Positions 16,897 to 25,903 of a stretch of 64,000 nt of DNA are shown here, piece by piece. This DNA comes from Klebsiella phage HMGUkp2, in sequence record PV683292.1. One strand, given 5' to 3'. The notes under the pieces are model-generated. The model had not been told where the DNA came from. It saw only the letters and a list, made by a program, of their open reading frames with translations, and searched no databases. Each line of letters starts with the position of its first letter. Position 1 is the first letter of the stretch. The translations under genes and the position numbers were made by a program.

Positions 16897-16953
16897 TACT
16901 TTACTTTCTAAACAACGTGAGAAAAATATAATGGTGACTAATGGTAAATATTA

Positions 16954-18123
16954 ATGTCCGATTTGAAATCTCGCCTGATTAAAGCTTCTACCACTAAACT
17001 GACCGCTGATCTGACTAAATCAAAATTGTTCAATGATCGTGATGAAGTTATGACACGAATTCCTATGCTGAACATCGCATTAGGCGGTAGCTTGAATAGT
17101 GGTTTACAAAGTGGCTTAACAATCTTTGCTGCACCATCCAAACACTTTAAAACTCTGTTTGGTCTGACTATGGTTGCTGCATATATGAAGAAATATCCGG
17201 ATGCGATTTGTCTGTTCTACGACAGCGAATTTGGTGCTTCTGAAAGTTATTTCCGTTCAATGGGTGTTGACCTGGAACGTGTTGTCCATACTCCGATCCA
17301 GTCAGTTGAACAACTGAAAATTGATATGGTCAATCAGCTGGAAGCTATCGAACGCGGTGACAAGGTGATTATGTTCATCGACTCTATCGGTAACACAGCC
17401 TCTAAGAAAGAAACACAAGATGCTTTAGACGAGAAACAGGTCGGTGACATGACTCGTGCTAAATCTCTTAAATCTTTGTTCCGTATCGTTACGCCTTATT
17501 TGACGATTAAAGATATCCCTTGTGTGGCTATTAACCATACAGCTATGGAAATCGGCAGTATGTATCCTAAAGAAGTTATGGGTGGTGGTACCGGCATTCT
17601 TTATTCTGCAAGTACCGTATTCTTTATTTCTAAACGTCAGGTTAAAGAAGGTACTGAACTGACCGGGTATGATTTTACTCTTAAAGCCGAGAAATCTCGT
17701 ACGGTCCAAGAGAAATCTACGTTCCCGATCACTGTTAACTTCAAGGGTGGTATCGATCCGTTCTCTGGACTGCTTGAACTGGCCACAGAAATTGGCTTTG
17801 TTGTTAAACCTAAAGCAGGCTGGTATTCTCGTGCTTTCTTAGACGAAGAAACTGGTGAAATGGTTCAAGAAGAAAAGTCATGGCGTGCTAAAGCCACAGA
17901 TGACGTAGAATTCTGGGGTCCTTTGTTTAAACACAAGCCATTCCGTGACGCAATCGAAACAAAATATAAACTCGGTGCTGTTTCTTCTATTAAAGAAGTT
18001 GACGATGCGGTTGCTGATCTGTTATCTTCTAAACCAACGTCTAAAATTCCGGTAAAAGCCAAATCAGCTCCTAGTGCTGCTGACATTGAAGACGAACTGG
18101 AAAATTTCGCTGATGAAGAATAA
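16954..18123 (+). CDS. uvsX: recombinase UvsX (RecA-like), 389 aa
   Basis: Size as T4 UvsX (391 aa). RecA-like Walker A region (AAPSKHFKT) and an acidic C-terminus. Lies upstream of 40 and 41. Confidence 0.9.
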   Translation: MSDLKSRLIKASTTKLTADLTKSKLFNDRDEVMTRIPMLNIALGGSLNSGLQSGLTIFAAPSKHFKTLFGLTMVAAYMKKYPDAICLFYDSEFGASESYFRSMGVDLERVVHTPIQSVEQLKIDMVNQLEAIERGDKVIMFIDSIGNTASKKETQDALDEKQVGDMTRAKSLKSLFRIVTPYLTIKDIPCVAINHTAMEIGSMYPKEVMGGGTGILYSASTVFFISKRQVKEGTELTGYDFTLKAEKSRTVQEKSTFPITVNFKGGIDPFSGLLELATEIGFVVKPKAGWYSRAFLDEETGEMVQEEKSWRAKATDDVEFWGPLFKHKPFRDAIETKYKLGAVSSIKEVDDAVADLLSSKPTSKIPVKAKSAPSAADIEDELENFADEE

Positions 18124-18454
18124 CTTCGAAGACCTGGACCTAGAGTCTCTGGCCGAAGAAATTGAAGCTGAAGCTCCCCTTGAAGAAGGGGAGTTTGAAC
18201 GTTCTCAAAGAATCTTCGACAAATCCCATAGTATAATCAAAGAAGCAATGGCTAGTGTTATCCAAGAAATGGTGATAAGATTAGACGGTGAAGAACATAT
18301 CGTTTATATCCATGAACTGGACATTAAGCCGAACGGTGAAGTGGCTGTTAAATTCAGTACACCGTCTGATAAAGACGTTTTATATCCTCACGTCGTGCAG
18401 TGTCTTAAAAGGCAATTTGAGATGGTGCCTAAAAAGCGAGGATTATTTTTCTAA
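18113..18454 (+). CDS. 40: head vertex assembly chaperone gp40-like, 113 aa
   Basis: MKNNFEDLDL... Positioned between uvsX and 41. Size matches T4 gp40 (114 aa). Overlaps the uvsX stop. Confidence 0.55.
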   Translation: MKNNFEDLDLESLAEEIEAEAPLEEGEFERSQRIFDKSHSIIKEAMASVIQEMVIRLDGEEHIVYIHELDIKPNGEVAVKFSTPSDKDVLYPHVVQCLKRQFEMVPKKRGLFF

Positions 18455-18463
18455 GAGGTCAAT

Positions 18464-19897
18464 GTGGTAGAAACAATTTTAGCTAATTTGCTTTTCAATC
18501 AGGCTTTCTTTAATAAAGTATGGCCTTACATGAAAGATGAATACTTTGAACGAGGGCCCGCTCTGACTTTGTTTAAAGCTATTCATCACCATGTCAACGA
18601 GTATAACGGAATTCCATCTAAAACTGCAATTAATATTGCGTTAGACAAGTCTTCTATGTCGGACGTGGAATTGAGCGGTGCTAAAGAACTTCTATCTAAA
18701 CTTACAGATGCTCCTGAAGATTTAAATTGGCTCACCAAAGAGACAGAAAAATATGTTCAAGAGAAGGCAATGTATAATGCTACTTCTCGAATTATTGAAA
18801 TCCAGGCTAATGACCAATTAGATGAAAAGCAACGTGATAAGCGTCTGCCTGGGGTAGGTGCTATTCCAGACATCATGCGTGAAGCCTTATCAGTATCATT
18901 CGATAGTTATATCGGCCATGATTGGATGGATGACTACGAAGCTCGATGGCTAGCGTATCAAAATAAATCTCGTAAGATCCCATTTAAACTGGATATCCTG
19001 AACAAAATTACCAAAGGTGGCGTTGAAACCGGCACATTGAATATTTTGATGGCAGGGGTCAACGTAGGTAAGTCTCTAGGTCTTTGTTCATTGGCTGCAG
19101 ATTATCTTCAGACTGGTCATAATGTCCTTTATATCTCCATGGAGATGGCCGAAGAAGTATGTGCTAAGCGTATCGATGCTAACCTTCTTGATGTATCACT
19201 TGATGATATTGATGACGGCTGTGTATCATATTCTGAATATAAAGCCAAGATGGAAAGATGGCGCAAGACCTCCACTCTGGGTCGTTTGATTATCAAGCAG
19301 TACCCTACAGGCGGTGCTTCAGCCAATAACTTCCGCGCATTGTTGAATGAACTGAAACTTAAAAAGAACTTCGTCCCAACAATCATCATTATCGACTACT
19401 TAGGTATCTGTGCTTCTTGTCGTATTAAGCAGTACACCGAAAACAGTTATACATTAGTTAAAGCAATTGCTGAAGAACTTCGTGGTTTAGCGGTTGAAAC
19501 CGAGACGGCTGTATGGTCCGCAGCTCAGACCGGACGTAGTGCTTGGGATTCAAGTGATGTCGATATGTCAGATGTTGCAGAATCAGCAGGTCTACCGGCT
19601 ACAGCAGACTTTATGCTGGCTGTAATAGAAACACCCGAACTAGCCGAGATGAAGCAACAGTTAATCAAACAGATTAAATCTCGATATGGTGATAAAAATA
19701 TCAATAACAAGTTCAATATCGGTGTTCGCAAAGGCAACCAGCGCTGGGTAGAAATTGCCCAAGAAGGCGGCCCGACCCATACTAATACCCAGCGTGAAGC
19801 CCAAGGCACCCAGATGAAGCAAGCTGCTAGTAATCTTCAGAAAAAGGTTTCATCGCGAGCTGATCTCGATAAACTAGCAGAAGATTTAAAATTCTAG
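18464..19897 (+). CDS. 41: replicative DNA helicase gp41 (DnaB family), 477 aa
   Basis: Walker A GVNVGKSLG, DnaB-like motifs, size as T4 gp41 (475 aa). Confidence 0.9.
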   Translation: MVETILANLLFNQAFFNKVWPYMKDEYFERGPALTLFKAIHHHVNEYNGIPSKTAINIALDKSSMSDVELSGAKELLSKLTDAPEDLNWLTKETEKYVQEKAMYNATSRIIEIQANDQLDEKQRDKRLPGVGAIPDIMREALSVSFDSYIGHDWMDDYEARWLAYQNKSRKIPFKLDILNKITKGGVETGTLNILMAGVNVGKSLGLCSLAADYLQTGHNVLYISMEMAEEVCAKRIDANLLDVSLDDIDDGCVSYSEYKAKMERWRKTSTLGRLIIKQYPTGGASANNFRALLNELKLKKNFVPTIIIIDYLGICASCRIKQYTENSYTLVKAIAEELRGLAVETETAVWSAAQTGRSAWDSSDVDMSDVAESAGLPATADFMLAVIETPELAEMKQQLIKQIKSRYGDKNINNKFNIGVRKGNQRWVEIAQEGGPTHTNTQREAQGTQMKQAASNLQKKVSSRADLDKLAEDLKF

Positions 19898-19936
19898 TTT
19901 ACATCTGTGTAGGAGCGTGATACTATGCTTCTACAC
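19898..19936 (+). promoter_or_regulatory. PeSL-like early promoter cassette (GTTTACA-N17-TACTAT, dyad gtgtagga/ttctacac)
   Basis: Same architecture as the other cassettes. Drives sp. Confidence 0.55.
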
Positions 19937-19957
19937 AAACAAAGTGAGGAAATCGAA

Positions 19958-20239
19958 ATGAAAAAATCTATTCTTGCTTTAATTTTCGCTCTTTCTGCCT
20001 GCGGCGCACAACCGGCCTTTGCCAAAGCTGACTACAGTTCTCCGCTGTGCGAGTTAGCCATATCTTCTGATATGTCTGTACTACGAGGCGTAGTTATAAA
20101 AGAGCTCGAAAAAGCCGCTGATAAAAATCAATTAGCTCAGATCAAAAACATCAACAACGGAGAGATAGTTGTAGCTGCAACTAATCTTTTCTGTGAAAAC
20201 CTTAGTGCTAAAGAAACTTTAGAGTGGATTGGATTATGA
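19958..20239 (+). CDS. sp: spackle (Sp) periplasmic protein, 93 aa
   Basis: MKKSILALIFALSACGAQPAFA signal peptide closely resembles the T4 Sp N-terminus (MKKFIFATIFALASCAAQPAMA). Positioned between 41 and 61 as in T4. Confidence 0.6.
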   Translation: MKKSILALIFALSACGAQPAFAKADYSSPLCELAISSDMSVLRGVVIKELEKAADKNQLAQIKNINNGEIVVAATNLFCENLSAKETLEWIGL

Positions 20240-20514
20240 GAACTTACATTATGTACCACCAGGCTTGTATTTCCGGTCTCTATACCAGGTGTCCCATTAT
20301 GTCGGATGCCAAGTGGGAAGTAGTATTAGACCGTGGAAGTACTGATAAAGTTGTCTTTGGTCACGTTCTGTCTGAGACATTTGTCTGTAAACCTACAAAG
20401 CGACAACTGAGAAAACTGCGCTGTGCTTTCCGAAAGGACTGGGAACAGATAATTCAACGTCAAGAATTTGAAAATTCGTGGGAAGGTATCCATTGCGATA
20501 TTGTTGGTTTATAA
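20236..20514 (+). CDS. hypothetical Cys-rich protein (92 aa)
   Basis: ATG overlaps the sp stop. No motif recognised. Confidence 0.3.
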   Translation: MRTYIMYHQACISGLYTRCPIMSDAKWEVVLDRGSTDKVVFGHVLSETFVCKPTKRQLRKLRCAFRKDWEQIIQRQEFENSWEGIHCDIVGL

Positions 20515-20535
20515 ATAGGCAAAAAGGAGAAAGCT

Positions 20536-20703
20536 ATGACTTTGCTTGATCAGTACAAACAATCTTTATCTGAAATGGTCGCTGGTGATTCTGGCGGCTC
20601 TCCATCTGATATCGCTTCTGGTACAACTACGGGCGATGTTGTCAATAAGGGTCCTGAAACCCTTTCTAAGAAAAAGCGCAAAGATAAGCCTTCTGAAGAG
20701 TGA
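20536..20703 (+). CDS. hypothetical small disordered protein (55 aa)
   Basis: Strong SD aaaggag is 7 nt upstream of the ATG. Gly/Ser/Asp-rich with a Lys-rich tail. Not in the ORF track because it is under 60 aa. Confidence 0.4.
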   Translation: MTLLDQYKQSLSEMVAGDSGGSPSDIASGTTTGDVVNKGPETLSKKKRKDKPSEE

Positions 20704-20726
20704 TATAATAACTCCAAGAGGTAAAT

Positions 20727-21746
20727 ATGAACTTTGTTGACTATGAATTTGCAGAACGGGCTTTGTCTGTTCTGCCTCGTTATCGAAAACTCCCAGGAAG
20801 TACTTTTAAATTAAACTGTCGTTGTCCTATCTGTGGTGACTCTCAGAAGAACCAAATGAAAGCTCGTTTTTGGTGCTTTGAAGTAGAGGGTGGACTACGC
20901 GTAGGATGTTTCAACTGTGACTACAAGGCTTGGTTCGCCAAGTTCCTTAAAGAAACAGATGAAACGCTGTACCGTGAATTCTTGCTAGAACGTCGTAAAG
21001 AGAACATGTATAGGGAGAAAAAGGCCCCATCTATCTCTGAAAAGATTAAAGCAAAGATGCCCGTGATTAAGAGGTTGCCAAATTGTGAGCGTCTGGATAG
21101 ATTACCAACCGATCACCCTATTATTAAGTATGTTAAGGCCCGTTGTATTCCTGAAGTAAACTGGAAGCGTTTATGGTTTACTATGGAATGGCCTGCTCTT
21201 GTTAACTCAGTTAATCCAGGAACATATAAAGATGAAAAGAGCGAACCGCGCTTGGTTATCCCAATCTTCAACGCCCGAGGAGACATCGAGTCATTTCAAG
21301 GACGTGCACTTCGAAAAAATGCTCCGCAGAAATACATCACAATCAAAGCACACGAACACGCAACTAAAATCTACGGGCTCGATACAGTGGATGAGTCAAG
21401 ACTCGTATGGGTCATGGAAGGACCAATAGATTCGTTGTTTGTACCTAATGCTATTGCTATTACAGGCGGATCTATGGATTTGAACACGGTTCCTTTTAAA
21501 GGGAACCGTGCTTGGATTATGGATAATGAACCTCGGCATGAGGATACCATTAAACGTATGAAGAGGTTGGTAGAAGCTGGTGAACGCGTCGTGTTCTGGG
21601 ACAATGCTCCTTGGGCATCGAAAGACATCAATGATATGATTAAGGACGAAGGGGCTACGCCTGAAGAAATACTCAAATACCTGAATATGAATATTGCTTC
21701 TGGGCTGATGGCTAAAATGCGGTTAAGCCGTTATGCTAAAGTTTAA
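20727..21746 (+). CDS. 61: DNA primase gp61, 339 aa
   Basis: Zinc ribbon CRCPICGD...CFNC, Toprim region. Size as T4 gp61 (342 aa). Confidence 0.9.
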   Translation: MNFVDYEFAERALSVLPRYRKLPGSTFKLNCRCPICGDSQKNQMKARFWCFEVEGGLRVGCFNCDYKAWFAKFLKETDETLYREFLLERRKENMYREKKAPSISEKIKAKMPVIKRLPNCERLDRLPTDHPIIKYVKARCIPEVNWKRLWFTMEWPALVNSVNPGTYKDEKSEPRLVIPIFNARGDIESFQGRALRKNAPQKYITIKAHEHATKIYGLDTVDESRLVWVMEGPIDSLFVPNAIAITGGSMDLNTVPFKGNRAWIMDNEPRHEDTIKRMKRLVEAGERVVFWDNAPWASKDINDMIKDEGATPEEILKYLNMNIASGLMAKMRLSRYAKV

Positions 21747-21943
21747 GATGGAACTCCAGTAAAAAAGCTTACAATACTCAATATATGCTCTATAGTAACT
21801 TGTGGGAGTACCACTCCTTGGGTAGCCGCTATAGGGACTACCAAAAGGTTCCAAAGGAACACATCTAGGGCAAGGAAGCCCAACATCAAGTTCCTGTCTT
21901 TTTTATCTGATAATTTCCAAATTTGGTAAAATATCGTTCCCAT
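21743..21943 (-). CDS. small hydrophobic membrane protein (66 aa), antisense-oriented late gene
   Basis: On the minus strand, TATAAATA (21963-21970), then AGGAGG, 5 nt, then ATG. Hydrophobic segments are present. Convergent with gene 61. Confidence 0.5.
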   Translation of the reverse strand: MGTIFYQIWKLSDKKDRNLMLGFLALDVFLWNLLVVPIAATQGVVLPQVTIEHILSIVSFFTGVPS

Positions 21944-21962
21944 ATTATCCTCCTATTAAAGG

Positions 21963-21970
21963 TATTTATA
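21963..21970 (-). promoter_or_regulatory. T4-type late promoter TATAAATA (minus strand)
   Basis: Exact late-promoter consensus about 20 nt upstream of the minus-strand ORF start. Confidence 0.5.
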
Positions 21971-21971
21971 G

Positions 21972-22253
21972 ATGAATAACACCCAGCACGCACTTCTTAA
22001 GTTATCAGAAGAGTGCAATGAGGTAGCACAGATTTGCTCTAAAATTATGCAGTTCGGCTTCGACTCCGAATATGACGGTAAGACCAACAGAGAACGTCTA
22101 ACTGAGGAGCTTAACGATATTCTAGGGGCTGTTCTAAATTTGACCCTAGAAACTGACTTCAGGTTCTCTGAAGACGTGGATGCTAAGTGGGCCAAGGTAG
22201 ATAAAATGATTCGCTACAGAGAAATCTCTAAAAACTTAGGTTTTGTTCAATAA
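21972..22253 (+). CDS. small MazG-like all-alpha NTP pyrophosphohydrolase, 93 aa
   Basis: LLKLSEECNEVAQ...EELNDILGAVLNL..DVDAKW resembles the MazG/HisE EEXXE/D helix pair. Confidence 0.4.
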   Translation: MNNTQHALLKLSEECNEVAQICSKIMQFGFDSEYDGKTNRERLTEELNDILGAVLNLTLETDFRFSEDVDAKWAKVDKMIRYREISKNLGFVQ

Positions 22254-22256
22254 GCA

Positions 22257-22295
22257 GTTTACATCTCTGTAAGAGCATTGTATAGTGCTCTTACA
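22257..22295 (+). promoter_or_regulatory. PeSL-like early promoter cassette (GTTTACA-N17-TATAGT, dyad tgtaagagca/tgctcttaca)
   Basis: Same architecture as the others but with a different dyad sequence. Confidence 0.5.
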
Positions 22296-22312
22296 AACTA
22301 AAGGAGAGTATC

Positions 22313-23074
22313 ATGAAAACTATCTTAACTGCAATTGCTTTAACTATCGCTTCCTTTTCAGCTCAAGCTGCTTCATTTGACTGCTCTAAAGCTTCTACTA
22401 AAGTAGAAAAACTGATTTGTTCAGATGCATTAGTTTCTGACTTGGATTCGAGCCTTAACAAGGTTTATAATTCAATCAAAGAAAAGCCTGTTGAAGACCA
22501 GCGGGCTTGGATTAAAAATGTCAGAAACAAACAAACTACTGTAGAAGGTCTTGCATACGTTTATGCTTCCCGTATAGAAGAACTCGCTAATAATGAAAAG
22601 TACGAGTATACTGTAGTAGATATGCCTAAAGAGCCAGTGAAAGAAGTTAAAGAAGTTAAAGAAGTTAAAGAAACTAAGCCTAAATCCATAGTAGACAACT
22701 TAAAAGAACATGTGGCTAAAGGCTATATCGAAGCTGATGGGCGCAGAATTTCTTTAGAAGTCTTAGACAAGTTCGGCGATACCTATTTGGACCGGTGTAA
22801 CATAAAAATGGCTTATAACCAATTTGAGCGGATCGAATCTGAAGTTTACCGTTCGGCCCCTATTAGGGATGTTGCATGGCTTGATGCAAATAAAGAAGCT
22901 ATTGTAATAGCTTTAGCAAACACTAGTACTGCGCTTATTGAAACGCCGGAAGATGAAGCTTCTTTCCTAGATGCATGCAAAGACCTATTTAAGAAAGAAG
23001 AAGCCCGGTTAGAAAAAGAAAAAGAAAACCGGCGTTTGACTGAAGAGTTCTTTGAAAACGCTAAAAAGAACTGA
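22313..23074 (+). CDS. secreted DUF1311 (LprI N-terminal-like) domain protein, 253 aa
   Basis: Signal peptide ending AQA|AS. FDCSKASTKVEKLICSDALVSDLDSSLNKVY fits the DUF1311 C-x2-A-x-T-x2-E-x2-IC-x-D motif. Internal KEVKEVKEVKE repeat. Confidence 0.55.
   Translation: MKTILTAIALTIASFSAQAASFDCSKASTKVEKLICSDALVSDLDSSLNKVYNSIKEKPVEDQRAWIKNVRNKQTTVEGLAYVYASRIEELANNEKYEYTVVDMPKEPVKEVKEVKEVKETKPKSIVDNLKEHVAKGYIEADGRRISLEVLDKFGDTYLDRCNIKMAYNQFERIESEVYRSAPIRDVAWLDANKEAIVIALANTSTALIETPEDEASFLDACKDLFKKEEARLEKEKENRRLTEEFFENAKKN
22640..22675 (+). repeat. 9-bp tandem repeat (aaagaagtt x3.5) encoding (KEV)n
   Basis: Direct reading of the sequence. Confidence 0.8.
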
Positions 23075-23118
23075 GTATATAATTACTCTACTTACCACAC
23101 TGAACTGAAAGGAATAAC

Positions 23119-23634
23119 ATGCCACATTTTAACGAATGTAGTCAACTGATTGATGGGGTTGATAAAGCTCAGGCTGCATATGATAGCCTTATAGCAAAAC
23201 ATTCCGACCCTCTTCAAGTTATGCTTAATATGCAAAAATCTCTGCAGGTTCGTCTTGCAAATGACCGTGAATACTGCTATCATCCAGATAAATTAGAAAC
23301 TGCTGGCGATGTGGTTTCTTGGATGCGTGAACAGAAAGACTGTATTGATGATGAATTCCGTGAATTACTGACTTCACTTGGTGAAATGTCACGTGGTGAA
23401 AAAGAAGCGTCCGCAGTCTGGAAAAAATGGAAAGCACGTTATACAGAAGCGCAAGAAAAACGTATTTCCGACATGTCTCCTAAAGACCAGCTTGAAATTA
23501 AATTCGAAATGATCGATATTCTTCATTTCGTTCTTAACATGTTCCAGGGCCTAGGTATGACGGCTGAAGAAATTTTCAAATTGTATTATCTGAAGAATGC
23601 CGAAAATTTTGCCCGTCAAGACCGGGGCTATTGA
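23119..23634 (+). CDS. 56: dCTP pyrophosphatase gp56 (MazG-like), 171 aa
   Basis: Exactly the length of T4 gp56. MazG-like helices (EIKFEMIDILHFVLNMF). Lies in the conserved position after 61. Confidence 0.75.
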   Translation: MPHFNECSQLIDGVDKAQAAYDSLIAKHSDPLQVMLNMQKSLQVRLANDREYCYHPDKLETAGDVVSWMREQKDCIDDEFRELLTSLGEMSRGEKEASAVWKKWKARYTEAQEKRISDMSPKDQLEIKFEMIDILHFVLNMFQGLGMTAEEIFKLYYLKNAENFARQDRGY

Positions 23635-23813
23635 TGGCTACAAGAATATCTAAACGCCGTTTAAAAATCAAAAGAAAACAAAAAGAAAGGGCCTTGGTAA
23701 AGGTCCTTCAAGAAGAAATTACTCGTGAAATCGACCGAGAAATCTTAAAAGCATTAGACCCTTTAAATGAGGTGTTCCGTATTGCGGTTGATGGGGCCAA
23801 TGAAAAGCCCTAA
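23631..23813 (+). CDS. hypothetical basic protein (60 aa)
   Basis: Overlaps the gp56 stop. Lys/Arg-rich. Confidence 0.3.
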   Translation: MMATRISKRRLKIKRKQKERALVKVLQEEITREIDREILKALDPLNEVFRIAVDGANEKP

Positions 23814-23833
23814 AAGAGTTAGTAAAAATGAGT

Positions 23834-23841
23834 TATAAATA
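23834..23841 (+). promoter_or_regulatory. T4-type late promoter TATAAATA upstream of soc
   Basis: Exact consensus about 30 nt upstream of the soc ATG. Confidence 0.5.
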
Positions 23842-23871
23842 CTCCTGATATTAATCATAAAGGGGTATAAT

Positions 23872-24108
23872 ATGGCTTATGTAAATATTAAAACTTTTGA
23901 TCATACCGTAGCCGGTGGCGAGGTTAAAGGCACAGAGGTATCGGTTGATTTCAAAGTATATTCCGACTCGCACCGCATTGCTGATGCTCAGTATCAAACT
24001 TTCCCGTCTGAAAAGCCTGCTTATTCTACGGTAATTGATGATGCAGCGGCTTGGGCTACTGCTAATGCGAAAATGTTTGAAGCAACCCCGGACGACGCTG
24101 GGGTATAA
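23872..24108 (+). CDS. soc: small outer capsid protein Soc, 78 aa
   Basis: YVNIKTFDH...VSVDFKVYSDSHRIADAQYQTFPSEKPAYSTV aligns with T4 Soc (YVNIKTFE..ISVAFPLYSDVHKISGAHYQTFPSEKAAYSTV). Confidence 0.8.
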   Translation: MAYVNIKTFDHTVAGGEVKGTEVSVDFKVYSDSHRIADAQYQTFPSEKPAYSTVIDDAAAWATANAKMFEATPDDAGV

Positions 24109-24112
24109 TATT

Positions 24113-24138
24113 AAGGACTCCTTCTGGAGTCCTTTTTT
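24113..24138 (+). terminator. rho-independent terminator (aaggactcc-ttct-ggagtcctt-TTTTT)
   Basis: 9-bp stem and T-run directly after soc. Confidence 0.6.
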
Positions 24139-24181
24139 GCTTTTAGTAGAGTAGGTAGAATACTTAAAACAACATGAGGAA

Positions 24182-24427
24182 ATGAAGATGGTTAAAAGTA
24201 CACCTTGGCGTAAACCTATTGGTGACTGCGGCGGCATCAATACTCTTATTGAACAACATTATAACCGGTTGCATGCTAAAGATTCATTTTGTTATTTTGA
24301 TGTTATTACTCATGCATACCGTGAAGTAGGTACATCTCTTGAAGCTGCCATTGAAGTCCAGTACTGGACCTTGCATAAAAAGAAGCGTAAAATAACTCAT
24401 ATTTCGTTTGAGACTTTCCGCGTATGA
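24182..24427 (+). CDS. hypothetical protein (81 aa)
   Basis: SD gaggaaatgaag lies upstream. Confidence 0.3.
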   Translation: MKMVKSTPWRKPIGDCGGINTLIEQHYNRLHAKDSFCYFDVITHAYREVGTSLEAAIEVQYWTLHKKKRKITHISFETFRV

Positions 24428-24597
24428 ATTGGATTAAACGATTCTTAGACTGGTCTCTCGCTAACGAGAAATCTCCAGGCCAAGATTTCTGGGATGCTTT
24501 AGAAAAGGACCGCAATAATGAAGCAAAGAAGAAACTTATCAAGTACAGTGAAAAGGAAGTTATTGAACTGGCTAACAAATATCTGGTGATTCCATGA
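24424..24597 (+). CDS. hypothetical protein (57 aa)
   Basis: ATGA overlap with the upstream stop suggests coupling. Under 60 aa, so not in the ORF track. Confidence 0.3.
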   Translation: MNWIKRFLDWSLANEKSPGQDFWDALEKDRNNEAKKKLIKYSEKEVIELANKYLVIP

Positions 24598-24989
24598 TTA
24601 ATTGGTTAAAGAATTTATTTGCACCACGGGCTGTTCCTGAAAAGCCATCGTTCGTTAAAGAGCGTGAATATGTTTATGTCGGCGATGGCATGATGGAAGA
24701 GGTTATTAAAGACACACGTACCCCATTACAAAAAGCTTTAGATGAAGTCACTATTGCTAATGCCTCTAGATTTAAGGAAATCCAAGAACAGGCGGCGCAG
24801 GCCAGAAAACGTAACCGGAATAGTATGGTTCCTTTGCCTGGTTCTAGTTCTAGCTCTAATTATACTTCACATTACGTTGATTCTACCCCAATAATTGCTG
24901 CTACAGCGGCAGCAGTTTATGCAGGAAGTTCATATGACTCTGGTAGCAGTTACTCCAGTTGTGACTCGGGCTCAGTTAGTTGCGACTAA
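24594..24989 (+). CDS. hypothetical protein with Ser/Tyr/Cys-rich low-complexity tail (131 aa)
   Basis: ATGA overlap with the upstream gene. Confidence 0.3.
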   Translation: MINWLKNLFAPRAVPEKPSFVKEREYVYVGDGMMEEVIKDTRTPLQKALDEVTIANASRFKEIQEQAAQARKRNRNSMVPLPGSSSSSNYTSHYVDSTPIIAATAAAVYAGSSYDSGSSYSSCDSGSVSCD

Positions 24990-25156
24990 GCCTAATTATC
25001 AGCACGCGATCTATAAAAGCCCACTTAAGAAATCTGACTTTGGTGCCTGGTACCGAGGCATCAGAGCAATGATTTTTCTGCTTAAGGCAGGACCAGCTAT
25101 AATGGCTGCGAACGATAAGTGGTTTGAAGAAAACAAAATGACTGAAGGAGCCTATT

Positions 25157-25660
25157 GTGGCAGACGCAAAAATCTATAAAGTAGGTATTAGCTTGGCTGA
25201 TAAAGACGGCCGTATTGAAGATACGGTTCGAACCTTTGATGTTGCATTATACAACATGTACGCTGACGACGTCCGAGTCTTAATTGACAAATTCCTAGAT
25301 ACAAGCTGGGTGCCTAGTATTGAATATGGGCAAGTTCGTATCATGCATATGTATGATGTGAATTATCGTAAAGGTAGCCCATGGGGTGTTCAAGAAGCTC
25401 TTATTAAGAACGGCTACAAACATATCAGCTGTTTTGAAACACCTTTTGATTACGATAGCAACGGTACTATTGAGAAAGGAAATAAGATTATTCTTAATAC
25501 AGTATCTGATGATATTCGGTATTTAGCTAAAATGGTCTGGAACTACATGAATGCTGATGCCGCGGACTGGGTACCGTCTACTAACCTTAAACGTGCTGTA
25601 GAAGATTATGAAAAAGCTGCAGCTATCCGTCAATACCAACCGTTAGAGTGGTTTATGTAA
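25157..25660 (+). CDS. hypothetical protein (167 aa)
   Basis: SD ggag lies upstream. No motif recognised. Confidence 0.35.
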   Translation: MADAKIYKVGISLADKDGRIEDTVRTFDVALYNMYADDVRVLIDKFLDTSWVPSIEYGQVRIMHMYDVNYRKGSPWGVQEALIKNGYKHISCFETPFDYDSNGTIEKGNKIILNTVSDDIRYLAKMVWNYMNADAADWVPSTNLKRAVEDYEKAAAIRQYQPLEWFM

Positions 25661-25836
25661 TGGATCTGTTTGAAATGTTCGAGGCCGCCGCTCAAGAGCC
25701 TGTATCGCCGCTTGAGGACTTGATTAACGAACTTGATATGACCATACAGAAACACGGAATAAATCTCCCTCCCGCCGCCTTGTTAGAGCTGGCTTCATAT
25801 TATCGTGACCCTCCGCCATGGGCACCTTGGAAGTAA
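25648..25836 (+). CDS. hypothetical protein (62 aa)
   Basis: Overlaps the upstream stop. Confidence 0.3.
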   Translation: MVYVMDLFEMFEAAAQEPVSPLEDLINELDMTIQKHGINLPPAALLELASYYRDPPPWAPWK

Positions 25837-25846
25837 ATCCAAAGGT

Positions 25847-25903
25847 GTTTACATCCTCTTTTTAACGTGTTAGTATCTCTCACATCAAACAGGAGATACT
25901 AAC
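25847..25903 (+). promoter_or_regulatory. PeSL-like early promoter (GTTTACA-N17-TAGTAT) with 11-bp inverted repeat gttagtatctc/gagatactaac
   Basis: The 3-prime arm contains the SD (aggag) and abuts the ATG of the ADP-ribosyltransferase gene. Confidence 0.5.
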
